Of a stretch of DNA of 28,047 nt, positions 17,885-26,005 are shown in pieces; position 1 is the stretch's first letter, and each line of letters opens with the position of its first letter. The translations under genes and the position numbers were made by a program. Under the pieces are notes generated by a model. That model saw nothing but the letters and a program-made list of their open reading frames with translations, did no database searches and was not told the DNA's origin. Source of the stretch: Nitrospirota bacterium (GTDB lineage Bacteria; Nitrospirota; Thermodesulfovibrionia; Thermodesulfovibrionales; Dissulfurispiraceae); NCBI GenBank assembly GCA_040758355.1, contig JBFLWF010000029.1, forward strand, positions 1 to 28,047, written 5' to 3'.

Positions 17885-18292
17885 TTACTCCTCTTTGGAA
17901 AAGAGGGTAGCAAGCATGTTATAAAAGAAAAGGACTATAGAGAGAACTTCTATAAGGCCAAAGGCCGCAGAAAGGCCTCTGTATAATGCAACTTCGGGCC
18001 TGTTCATCTGCATGGTATAGAATAACAGCATTCCCACAAGCCCGATATTGGCGAGATAGAACTGCACTTCGCCCATTTTTACGCTCTTTAACCTCTTCCC
18101 TGCAAACCTCGGCAGTATGTGATAACCTACCCCGTATATCATCATGGATACCCATCCCAGCATGTTAAGATGCGAATGGATAAACCTGAGATAAAGATAG
18201 GAAGGGTTGGCAAGCATAACAACCCCAAAAAATGCTGCCAGTACTAAATACACGATACTCATTACAATAAAGTTTCTTACGAATCTGTCCAT
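17885..18292 (-). CDS. Small 4-TM membrane protein resembling part of heme-copper oxidase/NOR subunit I
   Basis: MDRFVRNF... follows the strong SD GAGGAGG and has HSHLNMLGW and YHILPRF motifs. The 271-aa track ORF is over-extended. Confidence 0.75.
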   Translation of the reverse strand: MDRFVRNFIVMSIVYLVLAAFFGVVMLANPSYLYLRFIHSHLNMLGWVSMMIYGVGYHILPRFAGKRLKSVKMGEVQFYLANIGLVGMLLFYTMQMNRPEVALYRGLSAAFGLIEVLSIVLFFYNMLATLFSKEE

Positions 18293-18311
18293 AGCTTCCT
18301 CCTCATAGTTT

Positions 18312-18366
18312 TGAGGGGACTGTCCCAGAATTACGGGCATAGCCGTAGATTCGGGACTGTCCCCGT
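18312..18366 (+). repeat. GGGACTGTCCC-flanked REP-like cassette, copy 1
   Basis: TGAGGGGACTGTCCCAGA-TTACGG...CCGTAG-ATTCGGGACTGTCCCCGT. A reverse-oriented homolog lies at 23451-23512. Confidence 0.8.
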
Positions 18367-18403
18367 TCCTTTCTAAATAATAAACCAAAATTGCGTTTAA
18401 TGC

Positions 18404-18442
18404 TATGATAGAAGTCATAAGGGCTATATGACCGTCGTCATA
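18404..18442. promoter_or_regulatory. Two CRP/FNR-family-type boxes serving divergent class II promoters
   Basis: TATGA-N6-TCATA at 18404-18419 and 18427-18442, with -10 hexamers TATTAT (minus, 18382-18377) and TATTCT (plus, 18464-18469) placed symmetrically. Confidence 0.7.
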
Positions 18443-18506
18443 AAATAAATGCAGGGTTTCATGTATTCTAAAAATAAGAAAACTTAAACCTTTAAAGGAG
18501 GTTGCA

Positions 18507-18719
18507 ATGGAAGCAACAAAAAACAAGGTAACAAAGGATACCGTAATAGGAGAAATAATCAATGACCCTAATGCAAGGAAGGTCATTGAAAAATACTTCG
18601 GGAATGGATGCTTTACCTGTCCGGGGATAAAGGTTGAATCCATTTCATTTGGCGCCATGATGCACAATGTCGATCCCGAAAAGGTAGTAAAAGAGATCAA
18701 TGAACTGGAGGGGAACTAA
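18507..18719 (+). CDS. DUF1858 / hybrid-cluster-protein-associated redox disulfide domain protein
   Basis: VTKDTVIGEII...GCFTCP...ESISFGAMMHNVD, with SD AAGGAGG. Confidence 0.85.
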   Translation: MEATKNKVTKDTVIGEIINDPNARKVIEKYFGNGCFTCPGIKVESISFGAMMHNVDPEKVVKEINELEGN

Positions 18720-18720
18720 C

Positions 18721-18861
18721 ATGTCGGCAGCAAAAGAGATTAAATGCTTTGTTTGCGGGGCAAGCGACAAAAACAGAGTTTATCTTCATTGTATACATGA
18801 AGGAGAGGAAAAACTTGTCTGTGCCAGATGTCTTCCAATATTGATACATGGGGCACACTAA
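18721..18861 (+). CDS. 46-aa Cys/His-rich small protein (CxxC...CxxC)
   Basis: MSAAKEIKCFVCGASDKNRVYLHCIHEGEEKLVCARCLPILIHGAH. SD GGAGGGG; starts 2 nt after the DUF1858 stop. Below the ORF-track cutoff. Confidence 0.75.
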   Translation: MSAAKEIKCFVCGASDKNRVYLHCIHEGEEKLVCARCLPILIHGAH

Positions 18862-18866
18862 GAAAA

Positions 18867-18969
18867 CAGGCAATAGGTTATAGACAATAGGCAGAATAAA
18901 ACAACCAACAACTGCTCATCCACCTAATTGCTTATAGCCTATAGCCCCTTACCTATCGATTATTCTTTA
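18867..18969. repeat. Inverted pair of degenerate 7-mer tandem arrays (TAGGCAA / TTGCCTA-like)
   Basis: caggcaa-taggtta-tagacaa-taggcag faces ttgctta-tagccta-tagcccc-ttaccta, between convergent genes. Confidence 0.65.
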
Positions 18970-20211
18970 TTTCCCAATATCCGGAGCAACCGGTGCAATA
19001 GGTTTTATAGGCTTTATGCCAATATCAGGCTTCTGAGGTTCCTTTTTCTGCTCCTGTTTAGGGGCAGGCTTTTCAACCTGTGGTTTTTTCACCTCTTCAG
19101 GCTTAGGCTTAGGAGGTGGCGGTGGTGCTGGTTTAGGCTGTGGTACCTGCTTTTGAGGCTCGGGCTTTGCAGCAGAGGGCTTCTTAGCCTGTTCAACAGC
19201 AGGTTGCAGCGCTGTCTTTAACTGTGTCTCTGGCTTCGCACCAGGCACATCAATAGGTGTTTTTATTTCAATAGGCTCCTTAGGCCTTATGCCTGGCTCA
19301 AATACCCTTTTTTGCTCCTGTTTTAGAGCCGGCTTCTCAACCGCAGGCTTTTTTACCTCTTCAGGCTGAGCCGGTGGTGGAGGCGGGGGTTGCACGGGCT
19401 TAGCCGGGGGTGCAGGTGGTTGAACCGGCTCCTGAACTTTTGGAGGCTGTTCAACCTTTGACTGAAGAAGTATTATGCTTATTCTTCTGTTTCTCGGGTC
19501 ATTTGGATTCTCCTTGATTAACAACTCTGTATCGGCATATCCAACAACCCTCGCAATCCTGCTTATATCTATTCCATTTACTTCAAGCTCCCTTCTTGCG
19601 GAAGATGCCCTGTCAGTAGAAAGCTCCCAGTTTGTGGTTCTTCCTGTCTTTAAAGGCGAGGCGTCCGTATGTCCTTCGACTGCAATCCTGTTAGGTAAAT
19701 CTTTTATGTTATCACCCACTAATTTTAATATCTCCTTTGCACTTGGCGTAAGCTGTGCACTGCCCGGCTGGAACATTGATTTCCCTTCCAGATCAACAAG
19801 CTGTATCCTTACGCCGCCTTCAAAGATATCCACAACTGCCTGATCCTTCAAAGCCCTTAACTTTTCTTCTATGGCCTTTTTCAGTTTTTCCTTCAAATCC
19901 TCCGGAGATAATGCCGCTTTTCCGTCTCCGAAATCAAAGGTCTTCATTTCTTTGCCTTTCTCCTGCAATACCTGCTGCCCTTCCATCATAAAAGACTGAC
20001 CTGCTTTTTCAAAAATGCTGAAATGCTTGAAATACTCTGACAGAGCAGCCCTCTTTTCTGGAGAAACCATTGCGAGAAGCCACATGAGCAGGAAGAAAGC
20101 CATCATTGCCGTCACAAAGTCGGCATAGGCAACCTTCCAGCTTCCGCCGTGATGGCCCTCGTGGCCCTTCTTAACCTTCTTTATGATTATTGCTTTTGAT
20201 TTGTCAGCCAT
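18967..20211 (-). CDS. motB: Flagellar stator MotB with long Pro/Lys-rich C-terminal extension
   Basis: HHGGSWKVAYADFVTAMMAFF and OmpA-like EGHTD, NWELSTDRA and NRRISI. Confidence 0.93.
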   Translation of the reverse strand: MADKSKAIIIKKVKKGHEGHHGGSWKVAYADFVTAMMAFFLLMWLLAMVSPEKRAALSEYFKHFSIFEKAGQSFMMEGQQVLQEKGKEMKTFDFGDGKAALSPEDLKEKLKKAIEEKLRALKDQAVVDIFEGGVRIQLVDLEGKSMFQPGSAQLTPSAKEILKLVGDNIKDLPNRIAVEGHTDASPLKTGRTTNWELSTDRASSARRELEVNGIDISRIARVVGYADTELLIKENPNDPRNRRISIILLQSKVEQPPKVQEPVQPPAPPAKPVQPPPPPPAQPEEVKKPAVEKPALKQEQKRVFEPGIRPKEPIEIKTPIDVPGAKPETQLKTALQPAVEQAKKPSAAKPEPQKQVPQPKPAPPPPPKPKPEEVKKPQVEKPAPKQEQKKEPQKPDIGIKPIKPIAPVAPDIGK

Positions 20212-20219
20212 AACACCAC

Positions 20220-20255
20220 GTAGATGAGTGAATGGGCGCTCATCTACCCATTCAC
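20220..20255. repeat. Inverted 8-mer units at the motA-motB junction
   Basis: gtagatga-gtgaatgg faces ctcatcta-cccattca. Confidence 0.6.
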
Positions 20256-21109
20256 TTCTTCAATTCTCTTAGTGCTTCTTCGACCTCTACAAAGGAGGGT
20301 TTCACATTACCCGGGATGACTCTTCTGCCGAATTCCACTGATATCTGGGGGGCTGCACCGCCGACAAATGCAACGAGGGCGACCTTCAGGACATTAAGAT
20401 ATTCCTTATCCTCATTGGCAATATGCTCTAAATTCCTTGCCATAGGACCAACAAATCCATAACACATCAACACTCCCAAAAATGTTCCCACCAGCGCAGC
20501 GCCAATACTATGGCCCAACACCTCCGGAGGCTCGCTGATCTTTGCCATTGTCAGGATAACGCCTATTACTGCAGCGACAATACCGAGCCCCGGGAGGGCA
20601 TCCGCCACGTTATTTACACTTTTTGAAGGTATCATAAGTTCTTCGTGATGTGCCTCAAGCTCTGTATCGAGAAGTGCCTCAAGTTCGTGGGGTGCTATGC
20701 TTGTCGTCATGACGGTCCTCAAAGTGTCTGTAATAAGGGCTACTGCATGATGGTTTTTCAGAAACTTTGGATAATTACTGAAAATCTTGCTCTCGTGTGG
20801 ATTATCCACATCTGCCTCTATGGAGACAAGACCCTCTTTTCTTATCTTGGAGAATATCTCGCTCATTAACATAAGAACTTCCATATAATCTGCCTTTGAA
20901 TATGCCTTGCCGCTGAGTATACTCGAAATGCCGCCGATAACCGCCTTTATAACCTTCATTGGAGAGGCTATAATAAATCCTCCGATAGCTGCGCCTCCGA
21001 TTATCAAATATTCCGAGGGCTGAAAAAGGACATGCAGATTACCGCCATGCCATAAATAGCCTCCGATCACAGACGATAGAACTACCAGTGCGCCTATTAT
21101 TGCAAACAT
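20252..21109 (-). CDS. motA: Flagellar stator MotA (enteric-type, 285 aa)
   Basis: QPSEYLIIGG, RKEGLVSIE, DALPGLGIVAAVIG, GAALVGTFLG and VEFGRR. Confidence 0.95.
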   Translation of the reverse strand: MFAIIGALVVLSSVIGGYLWHGGNLHVLFQPSEYLIIGGAAIGGFIIASPMKVIKAVIGGISSILSGKAYSKADYMEVLMLMSEIFSKIRKEGLVSIEADVDNPHESKIFSNYPKFLKNHHAVALITDTLRTVMTTSIAPHELEALLDTELEAHHEELMIPSKSVNNVADALPGLGIVAAVIGVILTMAKISEPPEVLGHSIGAALVGTFLGVLMCYGFVGPMARNLEHIANEDKEYLNVLKVALVAFVGGAAPQISVEFGRRVIPGNVKPSFVEVEEALRELKK

Positions 21110-21119
21110 CTAATTACAG

Positions 21120-21653
21120 TTACCTCCGCTTTTCCCTGAGCATTTCCCGCTGTCTTCTAAAAACAAACTTGACTATCTCATCCCTCATATCCTCATCCAT
21201 TGCAATAAATTTAACGGCAATGGCATAGCTGTTTATCTGTTGTTCGATCTTTACTACCTCTCCATAAATATAAAGGGCAACAGGAGGCATCATGGGCAGT
21301 AACATTTTTATTTCAAGGACATCCCCCTGATTATATTTCTCTTTGGAATTGAACCCTAAACCGCCGCCGCTGATATTGACCTGCACAAAGGGAAGCGAAC
21401 CAAAACCTTCCCGCTGGAAAGTAAGCATACTGATAATCGAATCGAGCTTTGCATTCAGCATCTTAAACCAGTCGGAAAGAAGTTTGTCTTCCACATCCGT
21501 TAATGTCTGAAACTCGGCTAAAATGGTCTCTCCTGATATTTTCGATTTTATATTAGGCCGTTCTTCAGGAGGAACAACACGGACAGCAAAAGGCACATAG
21601 GCGTCTACCCTTGAGAATTCCCTCATTCTCATATACCTCTCATCATTTTGCAT
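21120..21653 (-). CDS. PilZ-domain c-di-GMP receptor
   Basis: RxxxR (REFSR) and NxSxxG (NISGGG), separated by a helical insert (LNAKLDSI), and AVKF. Confidence 0.88.
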   Translation of the reverse strand: MQNDERYMRMREFSRVDAYVPFAVRVVPPEERPNIKSKISGETILAEFQTLTDVEDKLLSDWFKMLNAKLDSIISMLTFQREGFGSLPFVQVNISGGGLGFNSKEKYNQGDVLEIKMLLPMMPPVALYIYGEVVKIEQQINSYAIAVKFIAMDEDMRDEIVKFVFRRQREMLREKRR

Positions 21654-21679
21654 CTTCTCTCCCTATATTATAATAAAAA

Positions 21680-21847
21680 TATAGCAGCAGGTGTGCTAAA
21701 AAGACTTTACACTTCGGAATATTGTAAACATTATCTTGAATCCGTCACCTACTACATTGCTATCTGTTTATAAATGTGTCAATAGTCTTCTGGTATGCAC
21801 AAAGAACAACGACTTTGTAAAGGCTTTGATGCATACCTGCTGCTATA
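21680..21847. mobile_element. MITE-like element family A, copy 2
   Basis: TATAGCAGCAGGTGTGC...GCATACCTGCTGCTATA. Colinear with 17351-17521 over its whole length. Confidence 0.7.
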
Positions 21848-21860
21848 CTGAACATGATAT

Positions 21861-22505
21861 TCACTGGCTACCCCCGATAATAAGCTCTACCCTTCTGTTT
21901 TTTGCCCTTCCATCCTCTGTTTCATTGCTTGTCAGCGGCCTGTATTCCCCATAACCCGCAATGGAAAACCTGTTGGGATCGACTCCCTTTGTAATAAGAA
22001 AATGCAGAATGCTCGCTGCCCTCGCTGTTGAGAGTTCCCAATTTGATGCATATTTACCACCTGATATCGGCACATTATCGGTATGTCCCTCTATTACGAT
22101 CCTTCCCGGTGCTGTATTAATGGACTTTGAAAGCTTCTCAAGTACGCCGAATGCCTCTTGTTTGATTTCACCAGAACCGGAAGCAAAAAGCACAGCATCG
22201 GAAAATGTCACAACAACACCCCTCGGATCGGTCTTTACAGAAATCCCTTCGATACCCTTTATATTTTTACTTATATCCTGAACCAATGTCCTTGTTCTTT
22301 CTTCGTATAATGGGATTGGTTCATCTATCACTTTAAAAGCCTGTTTTAATGAGCCGGAAAAACTCTCGACTTTTGCCTTATCCATCGATGAAAGGGCATA
22401 AAGGGCTGCAAAAAAGGTGAACATCAGGGTGATGAAATCAGCGTAAGATATCAGCCACCTTTCATGGCTTGGTCTCTCATAATGCGTTTTGCGTCTTTTC
22501 CTCAA
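21861..22505 (-). CDS. Second flagellar stator B subunit (MotD/MotB-like, short)
   Basis: HERWLISYADFITLMFTFF, EGHTDNVP, NWELSTARA and NRRVEL. Confidence 0.92.
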   Translation of the reverse strand: MRKRRKTHYERPSHERWLISYADFITLMFTFFAALYALSSMDKAKVESFSGSLKQAFKVIDEPIPLYEERTRTLVQDISKNIKGIEGISVKTDPRGVVVTFSDAVLFASGSGEIKQEAFGVLEKLSKSINTAPGRIVIEGHTDNVPISGGKYASNWELSTARAASILHFLITKGVDPNRFSIAGYGEYRPLTSNETEDGRAKNRRVELIIGGSQ

Positions 22506-22523
22506 CTATTCCCCCTAAATGCA

Positions 22524-22581
22524 GTAGATGGGTACATGAGTTATAGGATTAAAACCCATTCACTCATTCACCCATTTACTC
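22524..22581. repeat. Inverted pair of 8-mer tandem arrays at the junction of the second stator pair
   Basis: gtagatgg-gtacatga-gttatagg faces acccattc-actcattc-acccattt. Confidence 0.65.
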
Positions 22582-23334
22582 ACTCTTTTCATGTTCTGAT
22601 AGAAATGCATTCAATCGCGTTTTAAGGAAATAAGGGTTCATGCCGCTCTCAACGCCAACAATGCCTTCTATAATCAATTCCCTGATAAATACTTCCTCTT
22701 TCACTTTATTCATTATCTTACGCGCCATCGGCAAAAATATAAGGTTTGCAGCACCAACTCCGTATATAGTTGCAACAAAGGCAACCGCTATACCGCTGCC
22801 TATCTTTGAAGGGTCAGCAACATTCCCCATGACCTGAATAAGGCCCAGTACAGCGCCGAGTATTCCTATGGTAGGAGCATACCCTCCGGCGGCTCCCAAT
22901 ACATCGGCTGCATTTTTCATATTCTCTTCATATGTGGCAATCTCCTGATAAAGCACATCCTTTATCATTGCAGGAGACATTCCGTCAACGACAAAGGTTA
23001 ATCCTTTCCTCAGAAACAGGTTATCTATATTTTTGATGTCTGACTCAAGGGCAATGAGGCCTGCTTTCCTTGCTTTAACGAGGATGCCAAGGATGTCTTC
23101 TATTATCTCCGAAGGGGTATGAGACCTTCCCCCGAATACCATGCCGAGGGCTTTAAATGCGTTTAATACATCCCTCATGGAGAAACTCAGAAGGGTTGCA
23201 CCAAATGTCCCTCCAAAAACAATAAGAGCAGCGGCAGCCTGAACAAGATGGGCGGTATTACCGCCTTCGATAATGTTACCGACAACAACTGCACTTATGC
23301 CTAAAATAATGCCTAAAAACGCTGCGATATCCAT
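22576..23334 (-). CDS. Second flagellar stator A subunit (MotC/PomA-like, 252 aa)
   Basis: IVFGGTFGA, ARKAGLIALE, GGYAPTIGILGAVLGLI, GIAVAFVATIYG and ANLIFLP. Confidence 0.93.
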   Translation of the reverse strand: MDIAAFLGIILGISAVVVGNIIEGGNTAHLVQAAAALIVFGGTFGATLLSFSMRDVLNAFKALGMVFGGRSHTPSEIIEDILGILVKARKAGLIALESDIKNIDNLFLRKGLTFVVDGMSPAMIKDVLYQEIATYEENMKNAADVLGAAGGYAPTIGILGAVLGLIQVMGNVADPSKIGSGIAVAFVATIYGVGAANLIFLPMARKIMNKVKEEVFIRELIIEGIVGVESGMNPYFLKTRLNAFLSEHEKSE

Positions 23335-23377
23335 TTAATAGCTCTTCACCTTTTAAAAAAATTCAAATAATATATTA

Positions 23378-23407
23378 ATTTTACTAATTTTTTTCAGGAT
23401 TTGTAAA
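23378..23407 (-). promoter_or_regulatory. Putative sigma70 promoter of the stator operon
   Basis: TTTACA-N18-TAAAAT immediately after the fliS terminator. Confidence 0.45.
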
Positions 23408-23413
23408 CAAAAG

Positions 23414-23447
23414 AAAAAAACAGCAGGGAATCCTGCTGTTTTTTTTT
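23414..23447. terminator. Intrinsic (bidirectional-type) terminator after fliS
   Basis: A7-CAGCAGG-GAAT-CCTGCTG-T9. Confidence 0.88.
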
Positions 23448-23450
23448 AAG

Positions 23451-23512
23451 ACGGGGACAGTCCCGATTCTACGATGCCTGACGGCATCCGTAAATCTGGG
23501 ACAGTCCCCTCA
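23451..23512 (-). repeat. GGGACTGTCCC-flanked REP-like cassette, copy 2
   Basis: The reverse complement matches 18312-18366, with a longer central hairpin (GATGCC-TGAC-GGCATC). Confidence 0.8.
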
Positions 23513-23513
23513 T

Positions 23514-23894
23514 TTATACCTGATTTTTAATCTGAACCCATGCCTCTCTCAGTTCTCTGAGCAGGCCGATTACATGCTTAACCCTGTTTCCGTCATTTTT
23601 AGCATTCGCCAATACAAGTTCCCTCATCATATGAAGATATAGATTCTGCAAATTAAGGGCGATCTCTCCGCCAACTTCTAAGTTTAGGGCATTAAGCAGT
23701 TCCTCTATGATTGCTATGGCTTTGTCTATGTATTTTATCTTTATCGGCACTTCCCGCATGTTTATGGCAGTGGCAGCCTTATCGAGAAAGTCTATTGCGC
23801 CGTCATAAAGCATTATAACCAGTTCAACAGGATTGTAGGCTGTTGTTACTTTTGTCTGAGTGTAGGCATTGCGGGCATATGCTGCATTAACCAT
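23514..23894 (-). CDS. fliS: Flagellin chaperone FliS
   Basis: AY...PVELVIMLYDGAI, GGEIALNLQNLY and LREAW. Confidence 0.95.
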   Translation of the reverse strand: MVNAAYARNAYTQTKVTTAYNPVELVIMLYDGAIDFLDKAATAINMREVPIKIKYIDKAIAIIEELLNALNLEVGGEIALNLQNLYLHMMRELVLANAKNDGNRVKHVIGLLRELREAWVQIKNQV

Positions 23895-25600
23895 TATTTA
23901 CCTCCAAAGGTTTTTCCGAGTTTGTCCATCTGCTGCGTCAAATAACTGCTTGTTCCCTGAAGCTGGTTCAACAGTCTATCGAGGGCAATAAATTTCTTCC
24001 TGAGGGCCACTTCTGTAGTCTGAAGTCTCCTCTCGAGGTTTTCTGCGTTTTTCTGAACATTTTTTACGCTATCCTGATAACCACTCTTCTTTACAGGGAG
24101 TATAGTGTTTGCATAATCGCCGAGAGACGCCTCAAGAGAGGTTGCCATTGTGTTTATCGTTGTAATGACACTTGACTGATTGCTCGAAATAGCGCTGTCT
24201 AATGTAGAACTGTTAAGGCTCAACACACCGTTTTTATCGTGGGTTAAGCCTAAAGATACGAGGTTTGTATTGTTGTATGTTGCAGTTATTATAGTGCGAA
24301 GCGTATTTTTCAGTGCTGCCGATGTTGCATCCCCGCTCAGAATGCCCCTTGTAGTGGCATTTCCTCTGAGATCGTTTATTGTGCTCATCACCTGATTGTA
24401 AGATGATACAAAAGAATTCAGCTTGCTTGTTAATGTGCTGGTATCCTGTGCAACTGTGAGCGTAAATTCCGTGGCGCCGCTTATCTTTACTAAATTCATG
24501 GTAACGCCTGTAATAACATCGGTAACGGTATTGCCTGACCTTGCAACAGTCAAGCCGTTAACCGTAATACTCGCGTCTGCTGCCGCCTGCGTCGTGCTCA
24601 TGTTGCCTGATGCAAGGCTTGAAAGCCCTGCGGTATCTGTCTCTCCGGCGCCTCCATAAGTGCCGTCATTGTTTTCATCAACTGTTAATGAAATCGTATT
24701 TGATGCGCCTGTCGTGTTGGATGTAAGAGTGAGTTTATATGTACCGTCAACCGTATCGTCCCCTGTTGTCGATGAGCCGGTAGTAACAGTATCTGTTGTA
24801 GGATCAAAGCCTAAAATCTGCTCTGCAGTCGTCGAAGTGCTCCCCCATAAGATGTTGACATTAGGGCCTGCGCTGTTGGTAATTTTAAATTTGCTTAAAG
24901 TAGTATCATATTCCACAGCAAATGTATTTGTAGTTCCCGGAGCTGAATTCAAGGCCGTCTGGATTGCAGTTGCAAGTCCGCTGGAAGTATAGGTTCCTTC
25001 AGCTATAGTTGCAGTCCTGTCTGCTGTGCCGTCATTGAATACTATTGTTTTATTATTGGCGTCTATAACAAAACTGCTGCTCTCTTTTACTGTGGAAGCA
25101 GTAACTCCTGCGCTTGCAGAGTTGATGGCATCCTTTATGCCTGAAAGGGTGTTATTTGTAGAATCAATCGTTATTTCCTTTGCTGTGCTGCTGCCTACCT
25201 GTATCTTGATCTTCTGCGTGGTATTTACGGAAAGATCGGCAACCTTCATTGTCTGAGAGCCGAACCTGAAAGACGAAAGGCTCTGTGCCGCAGCAAGAGA
25301 GCCTATTTTCATGGTATAAGTTCCCGCAGTGGCTGTGCTCGAAGCAGTGGCAGTCATATAAGAGGTGTCGGACACTGTTGCCTTCATTCCCATCAGACTG
25401 GAATCCTTCAAAGAAGTAACAGCACTTTTAAAGCTCGATACGCTGCTTAAGAGAGCAGCATATGCGCTTATCTTTGCCTGATAGCCTGCCTCTTTTTGCT
25501 TGAGCTTAAGCAGAGGCTGTCTTTCAACCTGCATAAGCTGCTGAACTATAGCGCTTGTATCGATACTCGAACCAGAAGTTCCCAAAGGATTAACTGCCAT
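23894..25600 (-). CDS. fliD: Flagellar filament cap FliD
   Basis: IDTSAIVQQLMQVERQP, LAAAQ, AADASITVNG, NTVTDVITGVT, FVSSYN and C-terminal LRKKFIALD. Confidence 0.94.
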   Translation of the reverse strand: MAVNPLGTSGSSIDTSAIVQQLMQVERQPLLKLKQKEAGYQAKISAYAALLSSVSSFKSAVTSLKDSSLMGMKATVSDTSYMTATASSTATAGTYTMKIGSLAAAQSLSSFRFGSQTMKVADLSVNTTQKIKIQVGSSTAKEITIDSTNNTLSGIKDAINSASAGVTASTVKESSSFVIDANNKTIVFNDGTADRTATIAEGTYTSSGLATAIQTALNSAPGTTNTFAVEYDTTLSKFKITNSAGPNVNILWGSTSTTAEQILGFDPTTDTVTTGSSTTGDDTVDGTYKLTLTSNTTGASNTISLTVDENNDGTYGGAGETDTAGLSSLASGNMSTTQAAADASITVNGLTVARSGNTVTDVITGVTMNLVKISGATEFTLTVAQDTSTLTSKLNSFVSSYNQVMSTINDLRGNATTRGILSGDATSAALKNTLRTIITATYNNTNLVSLGLTHDKNGVLSLNSSTLDSAISSNQSSVITTINTMATSLEASLGDYANTILPVKKSGYQDSVKNVQKNAENLERRLQTTEVALRKKFIALDRLLNQLQGTSSYLTQQMDKLGKTFGGK

Positions 25601-25613
25601 CTTACACCTCTAT

Positions 25614-25988
25614 TTAAACCTCTTTACTGAAGAGGCTTTCAACATTCTCTTTTAATTTTTTAATCATGTTTATATATTCCTCGGGAGGAAACTGTCTTAC
25701 GACCTCACCCTTCTTATCTAAAACCCTTATCACTACATTCTTTTCTTTATCGAGGGCGAATACGGCCTTTAGATCAAGCAAACCATTTCCTGCAGTTACG
25801 GTCTGTTTGTCTATGTTTTGCTGCTTATCCTTGAGCCCCTCTCTTATGGAGGGGTCTATGTTTAATGCAACCAATGACTCGGCTTTACCATTAGCAGACT
25901 TGCCGCTTGTGCCGGCATTATTATTGGCAGTGCTTTCTATCTGACCTTTAACTGCTGGCATATTTATGTTTATGCCGTCAATCTTCAT
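25614..25988 (-). CDS. flaG: FlaG-family flagellar protein
   Basis: VVIRVLDKKGEVVRQFPPEE, located between fliC and fliD. Start chosen at MKIDG after GAGG; the track's extension runs through a repeat array. Confidence 0.85.
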   Translation of the reverse strand: MKIDGININMPAVKGQIESTANNNAGTSGKSANGKAESLVALNIDPSIREGLKDKQQNIDKQTVTAGNGLLDLKAVFALDKEKNVVIRVLDKKGEVVRQFPPEEYINMIKKLKENVESLFSKEV

Positions 25989-26005
25989 CTTATTTGCCTC
26001 AACCA

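Noticed and set aside
18293..18700. N-terminal extension of the 271-aa ORF 17885-18700
   Set aside because: It is antisense to the DUF1858 gene and crosses promoter and repeat DNA. A strong SD supports the ATG at 18292.
18928..19221. 97-aa Arg/Leu/Trp-rich ORF
   Set aside because: It is the antisense shadow of the Pro/Lys-rich motB tail.
21736..21954. 72-aa plus-strand ORF
   Set aside because: It runs through the MITE-like repeat and antisense into the stator gene, with no SD or recognisable domain.
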